Source: Oculina patagonica
Taxonomy: Eukaryota
Assembly (NCBI RefSeq): GCF_052425735.1
Contig: NC_135769.1
Span: 29,264,001 to 29,328,000, forward strand
Reading direction: 5' to 3'
DNA: 64,000 nt
Within the stretch, counting starts at the first letter, position 1. Each line of letters starts with the position of its first letter. The notes under the pieces were generated by a model. It saw only the letters and a program-made list of their open reading frames with translations, ran no database searches and was not told the DNA's origin. The position numbers and the translations under genes are program-made. This document shows positions 27,671 to 38,999 of this stretch, one piece after another.

Positions 27671-29584
27671 GATCTGCTCTTGACTGGTCTCAGTCATAGC
27701 TCATTTGGTCAGAGCAGCAACAACCTTTTTTTAAGTATTTCTTCGCCAGAAATATGAATGACATGATAACAGCACAATAGGCCAGAGACAGACATTGAAT
27801 GATCTGTTATGTGGCAAGAGAAAGAACTTTAATTGCTAGTTTTCACTGTCACGCCACTGTCAAGCCGCAAAAAAGTCAATCCAAAACAATCAAGTCAAAA
27901 AAAAAATCAAGAATATTACAATTTGTAGCAAATTACTATATAGTCTACTTGTCCAAGTCTCAGGTCTGAAAGGTATTCCGTCAAAATGTTCCACACAAAT
28001 TAAGAGGGCACAGTATGGAAACGCCATGTTCATGTGCCCATGGCGGTAGGGAATAAATGAAAACATCTGGAATTTACTTCTGCTATAAAACGCGGTCAGT
28101 TCACCCTCATGAACAAGTAAACATTCACATAAGCTCTTCTTGCAAAATCCCAACTGTTCAGATTGTTAAAAAACACAGGAGGAGGAATTTTTTTAAGCAT
28201 AAGTGACAGCCTTCTGGCGGCCATCTCAGTTGATGTCGTGTGGCGTGAAACTCCGAAATTTAAAATGCTCCATACTAAAGACGGCGGATGCTATCAAGCT
28301 AAAAACCTCCAACAAGATATTTATTAAGGACGTCTTATTGCCAGTGAAGAATAAAAAAAATCAGGGTTCTTGCGATTTTGGATTTTATAATTTAGAGGAA
28401 GTCACGTGAAAAACAAGAAAAAAATCAAGAGTGGATACAGCACATGGTCAATTCACAACACAAGGCTGCCAAAAAAAGTAAATAAATAGAAACGAAATGA
28501 ACTTATTAAGTGAAATTTCTAACACTCAGCGACGCTATCAGCTTCAAAAGTCTTTCTTTGGGTCAGCTGCGAGGTTAGGAATAAATGGAGTTATACATTT
28601 TTTTTTTCGTGGGGTGAGTTTGTAAAACTAGTAGACATTCACTGTCTTTGGAAATAACAGAATAAAAAAATGAATCACCAGGGAGTAGAGAATCTAAGTA
28701 CAGCATCATAGTATCTCTTACACTAACATCCACTTAAGTGCAACAACGGGCAAAAGTGGTGCGTAATATTGCACTGTAATCATGTTGCATTTACAGCGGA
28801 ACAGTTTCATTGGTGGATGTCACGTGACCAGGAAGTTTCCAATGAAAATAAGAGCTATATAATAAGTAAAATATGCAACAATATTTACGAACTGCTGCGC
28901 TTCCCAAACTTCCGTTGGTGGAATGAACACACTGGTCGATAGTTATATATGATTTCGGGCTGCAACAATTATTTCAGATTCTTCCATCAGCTTCCTAAGG
29001 TAACAATCGTTTTATTTTTCTATTCATCAGTTTTTACCTTGTTACCAAACATTTTCAATTTTAATATACAATTGACGGAATTGGCTTAAATACGACCATT
29101 GGCTGGTATTGCCTTCAATATTTTAATCACGGTATAATTGACACTATGGTGGTTATAATATTAGAACCGGTCTGAATTAAGCATAAATTTTAAATGTAAC
29201 TATTATGTTATGATTAGGACGCTCGAAAATTTGAAAATTCGAAAATTTGTGACACCGAGTTCAGTAAGCTGATCAGGAACCGTAACAAAGGACGTGTTTT
29301 AAGTAAAACCGGTTTACAGATCGGCATTTTGATATTAATGTATTTTCAAAGAGTGACAGTTATTAATCGAAATAATTTTTCTTCGATTTAGTTGTGAAAT
29401 CTACTCGTGAGAACACGCTTCATTCTTGTTGCAGGTTAAATTAAGGGAAGTTAGTTAAGACGAGAGCAAAATTTGTAGTGTATTCCTATATTATGGTGAA
29501 CTTTATTCAACGCGGCTCGTACACTGTATTTGAGTGAATGGACACTGTTTGCATAATAACCTGCTGACATGTGAATCTACAATA

Positions 29585-29975
29585 CAGTAAAGTAAAAACC
29601 CACGTATAAGAACCTAGATCTCTCCAACTTAGTCTAAATAAAGGTTCCTATATAGAAATCATATTTAGTAGGATTTTAGGCTACTTAGGTTTTTATATTG
29701 TTTCTTAATTTAATAGGGGCACTAGCGATCAGCACACAAAACTACTACAGGGCGTATGTGATAGGGAATACATGTATATTGCTTTACAAAATAAATACCT
29801 AGAATACAGTTTAGATGATAACCAAAGACTTTTTTCTGTATTTTTATCTGTGCCTTCATTTTTGTCAAATAAGAGCCTATTAAAAATTTTAGGCTAAATG
29901 GGTTCTTATGAGAAGGGGGTTTAAAATGAAAGTTTTAGCCAAACAGGTTTTAGGTTCTTATACGTGGGTTTTTAC
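29585..29975. mobile_element. Tc1/mariner (pogo-like) MITE upstream of copy 4
   Basis: TIR GTAAAAACCCACGTATAAGAACCTA / TAGGTTCTTATACGTGGGTTTTTAC with TA flanks. The paralogous empty site is visible upstream of copy 2 (~12340-12356). Confidence 0.8.
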
Positions 29976-30474
29976 TATGCTAATTAAGCGGTTGCCAATG
30001 AGCCTGATACAAAACACTGTTGCACAAGAAGTGCTTATTGACTCAAAGGTAAACAATGCACTCCTGCAAAATGCTGTATATGCTAATGTGATATGATACA
30101 GGTGGTATATTGTTTGATTTTCCATTAGCCTTAGCGTTTTAAAAAGGAACTGGCATCTGTTTATTTTACCATGTCGACGTTAATATTTTATTAAAATTGG
30201 TTTTGGTAATTTGATTTCATAGTGTTTTTTTTTTAAAGCCTCGAGAATCGCCAGACTTCAAGAGATAACAGACTAGGTCTGTTTTTTTGTCTTCTGTACA
30301 CTGATATTTTACGCCAACAAGCAACGTTTTGTTCTCGATATTCATTTTGTTTTCTAAACTAAGTATTCGATGATATTGAAAGTGCTCCCAAGGTGATTAT
30401 CAATTATCAAAGCTTCACGAATCAATGTTTTGTTTTTATCCAGGTCACGGAACGAACATTGACACTCTTCCATC

Positions 30475-30832
30475 ATGTCCGAACCAGCCGCAACTACAGC
30501 CATAACAACGGTACTCTCCATACTCGTCATTATAGATATCGTGGGGAACTCTCTGGTTTGTGCGATCATAAAAAGAAATCGAGAAATGAGGTATGAAGAA
30601 ACTGAAAAAAGGAATTTTAGACGCAAATAGGACTTCAGACGGAATCCGCCAGGACTTCGAGCATTTTATTGGAAAAACATTGAGCATCAAAAATATTTAC
30701 ATATTATTACAAACTTCTGTGTTACTGTTTTAAATATCTAATTTAAAAAATCATATCGAAAAACACCAAACATCAAAACAAATTTTGAAGTTCAACTGAA
30801 TTCTATTAGTACCAGTAATCACATGATTTCGA

Positions 30833-30873
<41 letters not shown>

Positions 30874-30935
30874 GCTAACAAAATTGCACGAGCCCGCAGG
30901 GCAAGTGCAATTTGTAGCCTTTGAAAAATTTACAA

Positions 30936-30971
<36 letters not shown>

Positions 30972-31308
30972 GTGATTACTTGTTAATAATATACAAGCGA
31001 CAATTTCGGTCACGCTTTGATAATTTTCGTGACAACTTCAGAGTAGCGCCTGGCTAAAAATTTTGACGTGTGAATTCATGCGTAAATATTCATTCACTCT
31101 CTGGAAGTGCTGCATGAAAAGTTTTCAGAACAGTCTTTTGACTCTTTTCGCCGTTGAATTTGAAGAATGTGAATGACAAAGCAAGGAAAAAATTCCTAAG
31201 GTTCTGCTGCTGTTCTTGGCTGAATTTTTTTGGTAATAATAATAATAATAATAAATATATTTTTATAGCGCCTATCCAGGCCTGCTCTAGGCGCTTTACA
31301 AATGTTTA

Positions 31309-31357
<49 letters not shown>

Positions 31358-34300
31358 AAATCAATAAAAAATTTGTTAAAATTAGCTGAATAAATCTTAA
31401 AATTAAAAATTTGCATTAAAAGTAATAAAAAGTAAAAATCGCTAAGAGTAATAAGTTTTAAAAAGAAACGTTTTGAGTTTTGATTTAAAAGAACTTAAAT
31501 TGTCACACGAGCGGATAAAAACAGGCAAACTGTTCCAAAGTTCAGGCGAGGAAACAGAAAAAGCTCGAGACCCATAGGACTTGAGGTGGAATTTGACAGG
31601 GTTGAGACGTGAAGAGTGTGATGATCGGAGGGTTCTTGAAGGTTGGTAGTACGTTAGCAAATCTTGAATGTAGATAGGAGATTGTTGATGGAGAGCTTTG
31701 AAGGTAAGTAGCAGAATCTTGAATTTAATGCGTTCAGAAACAGGAAGCCAGTGTAGTTCTTTCAGTATTGGAGTGATGTGGTCGTATTTTCGGGAACAAG
31801 TGATAAGTCGAGCAGCGGCGTTCTGAACAGACTGGAGCTTTTTTGGTACGTTTTATCAGTGCTGTGTTTAATTTGTGTTCGCTCGAACAGAAATCAACCT
31901 CAGTTCAACACATGTTGCTCTAGCTGACAAATTAGTCAAACTAGAATACCGAACTGAAATACTGAACTATAAAAATCTACCGAACGGATTTTCTTAGTAC
32001 AGATGAGCACTCTGCTACAACTCCGCATTGCTACCTGATTTCACTGGACGTTTTACAGGTTAGATTTGCCTCTTACAGTTGTAAAACTATCTTTTGTGCC
32101 TTTTGTTGTTGAGCGAGCTTTTAAATAAACAAGCTTCGGCTATTATTAAACAATCATGAAATGAAATGCTTGCTCCTTCTGTGTTCAAAACTAGGTAACC
32201 GGTTCCTTGGAAGTCTGGTCAGTACTTCTTCGCGTTTCGCTTCAAAGAAGTGAAGCAATGTTTCGGCGAGAATTTTAATTTACTATAGGCCGTCGGCCGT
32301 GAGCTTATTTCGAGTTTAGTTTATGTCTTGTCCTCTTTGCCTTTTTGATAATTCTACGTCTTTTACAGTAAGTAATGTTTGTTGTTCTTCTGTACTTTGA
32401 GTCGTTTTCAAGTCTTTTAATTAAAATTGCGTTATTAAGTTTAAATTTTGTCTCACTTTCGTCCGCCATTTTGTTTGTTCAAGATGTATTTTTCATGAGG
32501 CTGTTGTCAATTACACCGTTTTGCACTGCCAATTACACTTTTTGCACTGCCAATTACACGTTTTGCACTGCCAATTACACTTTTTGCACTGGTTTGGGAT
32601 AAATTGACGTGTTCTTAGCCAATCAGAATGGAGAAATTGCTGCTTGTATATTATTAGGATCTAAATGGTTAAAAAACGATTTTACAAAATAGCTACACGT
32701 GAGATTTTCCCTACAGTTTACATGGCTCTTGTGGACTTTGAAATTCATTTTCTCAGGTTCTGATAAGAAATTGTTGCTGGTGTTATCATAGATAATAACT
32801 AAATGCTGCCATTAAAGATGTGAATATTGTTCATCGTGGTGTAAGATAGGTAATGAACGTTTATTCGTTTGTCTCACGATAGAATCGCTTTGAGATGTTG
32901 ATCGCGACGTTTCGACTGCAATACTGCTAGTCTTCATCAGGCGATGAGGTCGATTGTTTACGCGTCGCTATTTATGCACGTTGGTTCGCTGTTATTGGTG
33001 CATTTCAATCCTCATTATTATTCCGACTAACAGATCTAGATGATGTTCCCTCAGAGGTCCGCTTTGTAGTTGAACGGCTGTTGTGCTTTCTGATCGTAGG
33101 TATCCATGCTTCAGGAATTTCAATTCCGCTATCTCTATTGATGTTAATAGAATGAAGTCTTATTTGGATAGCCTCTTTGACCCTGCTTGTGTATCGGTGA
33201 GGGTCACGATCGATTAACTTGACTTGATTCCATAAAGGAATATGCCCCGTTTCGTTTGCGTGCTCCGAAACTGCGGAGGTTTGTGTATGAGCAAGTCTTA
33301 TGCCTCTGTCGTGTTCTTTTATCCTGTCTTGCATCGCTCTCCCTGTTTCCCCTATATATCTATATACTTTGCCGCATTCACATGGAATTTTGTACACAAC
33401 ACCGTCTTGTTTGCCTGGTTCTAGGGCGTCTTTCGGTCGTACTAAGTAAGACCGAAGAGTTGTGTCAGATTTAAAGACGGTGCGAACGCCTTGTTGTTGT
33501 AGGGGAAAAGGTTAAGAATCCGATCCAAACAACGCGTCGGTCAACGCGCCGGCCATATGAACATGATAACCGAGGATAAATTGTGCGTCGGTGGTGCGTC
33601 GGCGACTTTTTCTCTTGAAATAAAAGCTTACAATGATTAAGTTTGGTGTTGTCTTTCTCATTATTTAAAATTTCGAAGTCATTTGATTAGTTTTTTTGTC
33701 GACGCCATTTTGTTTATTTTCCGACATCGACCTAGTCCCCACGCCTCCGACCTTAATTCCAGCATTCAGAATCTTGTTAGAACAGATTGTTCTCAGCTCA
33801 CTCAGCGCACGGATCACGGTAGGCTTTGAAAGCCCAGTCAGCCTCGAGATTTGACTTCCAGACAGATTCGTAGACCACAGGAACATTAGATGAAGCCACG
33901 TACTCAAGGGGATGTTGGAACCTTCGAAGTATCAGCCTGACCTTATAGACAGCTAGGTTCGACAGCGGCTATTTACACACCGCCACATGTAGCCATCATT
34001 TACACACAGTTCGTTTTTCGTCAGTTATGGACAGTTCGTCCGAGAGGCTGAGGAGCGCACAGCTGACTACCGATGATCAAACGCCTGCGTGTTGCCAAGA
34101 AACTGCTCCCTCTAACTGTCGACGACAGTTTCTACTCTTAAACAACTCTGTTGAGACTCAAACAAAAACGGCTCCTTTAGGAGCCACCATATTTGAAAAA
34201 ATTCAATGACCAACAGCGTGATTATTCTTAATTGTTAGTTTCCCTTTTTTCAATAAAGTTCTTTCAAATAATTAAAACGCAAATACTAGCATGTGTGCAT

Positions 34301-37300
34301 GTTTACGTGAATCACCTAAAAACATTGAGAAAAACTGGGTACTAGATTTCTGCTTCAAAGATGGGAGCCTAGTTACGAGTTTAAGTTTTAAAGATGACGT
34401 CGGTATTACATAGAGGACGAAGGATAATCCGAATAAGTTCATTGTGTCCAACAATTCAGACCACAAATGAAGATCTTGATAAATAGATTGTTATATTTCG
34501 GTATGAACTATACCATCATCAGACTAATAAAATTAACATACAAGCTAGATCTTAAATACTGCGAGTGAGGAGACGAATACAATAAGTTTACTCAGAAGAA
34601 TATTACGTTGTCGTCTTTCTGTCTTTCCCACTGCTTGCAAAGACTGAAAAGTAAGTAAAAAAATAATAGTTCAACAAACAAGCAACATAACAAAGAATAG
34701 TGTACGTAGCCTTCGCATCTGTACTGGGTTTGTCGGCGTTCGTAGCCTTCGCGTCGGCATTGGTAGGCGTTTGCAGTCTTTGTCTTTGTCGGTGATGTGT
34801 CGGCCGACGCGTCGGTAATGTGTCGGCCGACGCGTCGATAGTGTGTCGGTGGTGTGTCAGCCGACACTTTGGCCAACGCGGTGACCGACGCGTTGTTTGG
34901 ATCGAGATTCTTAACCAGCGGCGAAGAACCTCTGATACACCTTTAATGTAGGGTAAAACCGCAGTAGGTTTAAATTCCTGCGTGGGTTCGTTGTTGGCTG
35001 TTGGTCTTGTGGTCTTAGTAAGTTTTCGTATCAACGAAGAAAGATAACCATTAGAAACAAGTACCGATGATAAATGTTTCTTTTCTTGAGAGATAACTGA
35101 TGGTTTTGTTATGAGGTGTTTAGCTCGGCCATATAGACACTTAACAATACCACGCTTCACTGACTGAGGATGGTGTGAGTCATATGCAAAGTACTTTTCA
35201 GTGTATGTGGGCTTTCTATATACACTGGTAGTAAGAAGGCCGTTTGAGTCCCATATGTCGAGAAAGGGAATGTTGTTATCTTTCTCGATTTCTATGGTAA
35301 AAGGAATAGTGGGCTGTTGGTTGTTAAGATGTTGTAAAAAGCCGTCGACTTGGCCTCGATCTAATATAGTAAAAGTGGCGTCTACATATCGCTTCCAGAT
35401 CTTAGGTTTGTAGATTGCACTTGCTATCGATCGCACGCTCCTCAAAATCTTCCATGAAGATGCTGGCTATAACCGCGGAGACAGGGCTCCCCATAGCGGC
35501 TCCGTCCTTTTGTTCGTAAATTGATCCATTGTACTGGAAATACGTGGATCGAAAAACAAAGTGTAAAAGGTCGGCTATTTGTGTAGGTGTTAGGTTTGTG
35601 CGGTCGGCAAGACCGGGATCGTTTTCTAGTTTGCGAAGTGCGGCCTTCACGGCGTCTTCGATTGGCACGTTCCTAAATAAAGATTCTACGTCAAATGATA
35701 CCATGATTTCCTTTTCTTATATTCTTTCATGGTTGATGGTATTCACGAAATGAGTAGAGTTGGTAACTGCATACTCTGATTTGCCTGTCAGTGGGGACAG
35801 GATGTCAGCTAAATGAGCCGACAAATCATAAGCAAAGGTGTTTATACATGATACAATAGGTCTCAATGGTATATTTTGGTTTGTGTATCTTAGGCTGACC
35901 GTTGATCCTAGGTGGCTGTTTGTGCTTGGGCCTGCATGATCTTGTTGTAGACAGTTTCTGATAAATGTCCACTTCGTTTTAAGCTAAGAAGCTTCTCACT
36001 GAGTTTATGGCAGAGTCGATCCGTGGGGTCTTTATTAAGGAGTTGATATGGACCCGTTTCGATTAGTGTCTTCATTTTATCATGGTAGGTGTTAGTGTCT
36101 AGAGCTACACTTGCGCGACCTCAGGGGCGGATCCAGGGGAGGGGGGGGGGGGTGGATTGGGTGGCTAGCCACCCGCCTTGATTCACCAGGTTTCACCAGG
36201 TTTCACCAGGATTCACCAGGATTCACCAGGTTTAAAAATTTCCACGCACGTGGGTGAACAAAAAAACGCATATCTTTTCATTCCTGTAAGTTCGTGGCTT
36301 GTCAACTTTAAATTTCAATCACTGTTCAGTTCATAACAACTAGGGTTTTTCTCCGAAAAATAACTCAAGGTAAGTTGAAGAAAGAATGTTTTGCCAAATT
36401 ATCAAGGAAAAACAGTGGTTTAATAACTAAATTGACAACTGTACAAAGCTGCTCCAATTTTCTGAGGGGGACATGCCCCTAGATTTCCCCCCCCCCCCCC
36501 AAGGGGATGGAAATAATGGCCTTAGGCCCAAGATAATTTGCACTCCCACTTTCAAAAACTGCCTAAAAACCTAAAACCCCTCTTCCTTCCCCATAAAAAA
36601 CTGGGGCTTGATCAATATGGTAAACAAAAATATTATTGGTAAACAGCCACCCCCCATTGAAAAATCCTGGATCCGCCCCTGGACCTTTGTCGGCTGGTAG
36701 TATCATAATAGAATCGTCTTGTTTTAAGTTGTTTTAAAGGGCTTCATGCTTTGTTTTTAAGGGCTTCATGCTTTAGCTTAAAAAGGGTAGAATATAACGC
36801 AATAGGATACAAATTGTTTTGAGAATCGTTTTGTTCAACCAAAATTAATATTACTCGATTTCCTGATTATCCTATCTTAAACATACCTTGGAAATTGATA
36901 TCTGTATTAATCATAAGATTTGCATTGCAATACCACAGGACTCCCATAAATTATCTACTTGTGAACCTGGCTATAGCGGATATTATGTTTGCAACGTTCA
37001 TCGCCCTCAAAGTTGTTTTCAGGCTAACCAACGTTAACCACCCAGACGGGATGACTGGTACAGTTTTGTGCAAACTCCTGACAGATGGAAATGTCGCCTG
37101 GGTTGGAGGAGCGTCCTCGATTTTCACTTTGGTAGCAGTCGCCATTGAACGATATTATGCAGTAACTTATCCCCTTGGAAACAAAGGGGAACTAACTCAG
37201 TGTAAACTGAAGGTGTGTCACCTGATAAAGAAAATAATTTCTTTGTTGGTATCGAGTTTTACTTGAAACTCAGCCGTGTTATGTTTAACTCCGCGAATCT

Positions 37301-38866
37301 AATTTGTTCGCTCATTGTCTTTTATTTAAACAATAAAGGGTTTCTGTCGAGGAACATGATCGGCTGATAGTTACCCCGCGGAAAGTTGATGTTCTTGGTA
37401 TGTTCTTAAAACAATTATTAGCTCTGGAAGCGAAGCTTCGATGGCTCATTTGCTAGTTTATAAACAACAAATTTCCAAGGGGTAAATAAGACTGATTGTT
37501 CCCAGCGCGATCATCCTGAATTGTTTTTAACTTTTTAAGATAAAAAAAATTAAAAGCCGCATTGAAACATACGAAACAAAATTAGACAAGAAACCCAAAT
37601 GTAATATAAACCTAAATGTAGGTAAATTAATGTTATTCATCAAATATAGTGTATCTCCGCGAATGAACACTATCGCGTCACGTGATGAATCAAAGCACAT
37701 CACAATGGGCACTGGCATGTATTCTAACTGTTAAATACACTCACAAGTGGAATTTTGGGAGAACAAGAAATGCTGTGAGAACACAATTGCAAACCGCAGG
37801 GTTTTTTTCCTATTCTTCTACGAGTTCCTTCTACAACTCGATGAAAACGGACAATTATTATCATTATCATTTTCATAATCATTATCATTATTTCTTTAAG
37901 AAGACGTAAGTTCTCCTTGCTCGCGCCATTATTACATCGACAGCTCTAGTTTTGTGTTACGATCGTTAAATCTTAGCGCTAGCAAGTTAATCAATATGAT
38001 GATGTTAATTTACACTATTCAATTTCAGGTGATTATTTCTTGTAGTTGGATCTTCGGCTTGATAGTTAACATTCCGCTGTTTCTTGTCGCGTACATTAAG
38101 AAGGAAAGGGATAGAAACTTCTGCGTTGTAATCTGGCCTGAGGATTGGATGGAAGAGGCTTATAGCTGGTCATGGCTAGTGTTAGCAATTCTTCCCTTGG
38201 TACTGATGATTGGGTTGTATTCAAGAGTAGTGTACACTTTGTGGCTCAAACGTGCTGATGATAGTCCTCTAACCAATCAACAAAGAGTAAGTATGTTGCC
38301 GGTATTTAAAATAGTTTTTTTTTTTCAAACTGGCACTTCAATTTTTATCAACTCATTATTGCTTCTATTAAAAGACTAAAGTAGTCAGAGGGCCAACAAG
38401 TAAAATCAACCGCTTCAATTGTCCTATTGCCCTTCCAATATATATAATTTCTAAGCTTTGGACGGTGTATTGTCCCGAATACTTACAGGAATTTGCATCT
38501 CTCTATACACAGGGTGTCACGAGGGTACGGAAGCGTGTCACCTTGATGGTTGTAACCGTCACTACCATATTTGGAATCTGTTGGGGGGCAGAGTCAGTGG
38601 AATACGTCCTAAGGCAATTTCCTTCCCTGGACATCAGTCCAGCCGTAGTCGCTATTGTCGACATAATGGTTTTGTTCAATTCTGCTGTCAACCCGTTTGT
38701 GTACGCGTTGTTTAACCAGCAATTCAGAGAGAAAATGAAGAAAATGATATGCTGCATTGGCTTCTCTGCACACAAGGTTCATCCTGCGCTGGAAGCTCAG
38801 GACATGGAGCTTGCTGACAACACCACCCACCCGACACACACAACAGGACCATGCTCCAAAGAATGA
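30475..38866 (+). CDS. Class A (rhodopsin-like) GPCR, peptide-receptor-like, copy 4; only intact paralogue (333 aa)
   Basis: Exons 30475-30590, 36939-37212, 38029-38286, 38513-38866 (116+274+258+354=1002 nt, in frame, GT-AG). Seven hydrophobic segments with GN, NLAIAD, C3.25, ERY, W4.50, ECL2 Cys, FGICWG, NPFVY and a CC after helix 8. Confidence 0.9.
31236..31844 (-). mobile_element. Short 3' fragment of L2-clade LINE
   Basis: Nearly identical to 43030-43611. 3' stem-loop AGCGCCTA..TAGGCGCT and (ATT)n tail. Flanked by TTTTTTGGTA on both sides. Confidence 0.9.
32508..32591. repeat. 21-bp minisatellite x4
   Basis: CAATTACAC(T/G)TTTTGCACTGC repeated. Confidence 0.9.
32901..32945 (-). ncRNA. 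Minimal type I hammerhead ribozyme in Penelope 3' pLTR
   Basis: Minus strand: AUCGC-CUGAUGA-A-GACU-agcaguauugc-AGUC-GAAA-CG-UC-GCGAU; GUC cleavage triplet; ~60 nt downstream of the GIY-YIG stop. Confidence 0.85.
33504..34915 (-). mobile_element. Defective Merlin (ISXO2/IS1016-like) DNA transposon inserted in Penelope ORF
   Basis: TIR GTTAAGAATCCGATCCAAACAACGCGTCGGTCA and its inverse. Splits the Penelope peptide LRRC|LQQQGVRTVFK. Minus-strand remnant DGYMWRC..SIRSG..FEGSNIPLSTWL..KVGGVG at ~33740-34000. No TSD seen. Confidence 0.65.
34487..34528 (-). ncRNA. Minimal hammerhead ribozyme motif (second family)
   Basis: Minus strand: AUUAGU-CUGAUGA-U-GGUAU-aguuc-AUACC-GAAA-UA-UA-ACAAU; stem I has a bulge. 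Confidence 0.6.
36122..36681. mobile_element. hAT-like MITE with 5-bp TSD (hAT5-type) inserted in Penelope
   Basis: TIR CAGGGGCGGATCCAGG; GACCT at 36117-36121 and 36682-36686. Removal restores PADKGRASV. Internal (TTCACCAGGW)x5. Confidence 0.85.
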
Positions 38867-38999
38867 TTCATCCGATCTAAATTTAAAACACAAAATTTTC
38901 GGCGGCCTCTGTCCACCTTCATCAGAGTAAAATGTTTCTAAAAATACTTACTCGTTAGAACTTAGTTGAATAAAATGAGCCTTGTCAGGCTTTAAGTAA

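Larger units (their letters stand above)
30808..32661. mobile_element. Non-autonomous element with 167-nt terminal hairpin (possibly Crypton-related) in intron 1 of copy 4
   Basis: Absent from the paralogous intron of copy 2 (13221-13250). No TIR or TSD. Imperfect palindrome 30814-30980. 21-bp tandem repeats near the other end. Carries a nested L2 fragment. Confidence 0.6.
32840..36785 (-). mobile_element. Decayed Penelope-like retroelement (RT + GIY-YIG endonuclease), interrupted twice
   Basis: PADKGR, SFDVESLF, GAAMGSPVS, WKRYVD, VYRKPT, LPYIKG, then VYKIPCECGKV..YIGETGR and EAIQI; 3' pLTR with hammerhead and AATAAA. Ends approximate. Confidence 0.9.

Noticed and set aside
30475-38866. Specific gene symbol (QRFPR, GALR, TACR, opsin)
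   Set aside because: Only generic peptide-receptor-like similarity; the intact copy has no retinal-binding Lys in TM7; orthology cannot be assigned by eye.
38888-38928. Hammerhead-like motif just after copy 4
   Set aside because: CUGAUGA, stem II and GAAA are present but stems I and III are degenerate; kept only as a relic, not called as a ribozyme.
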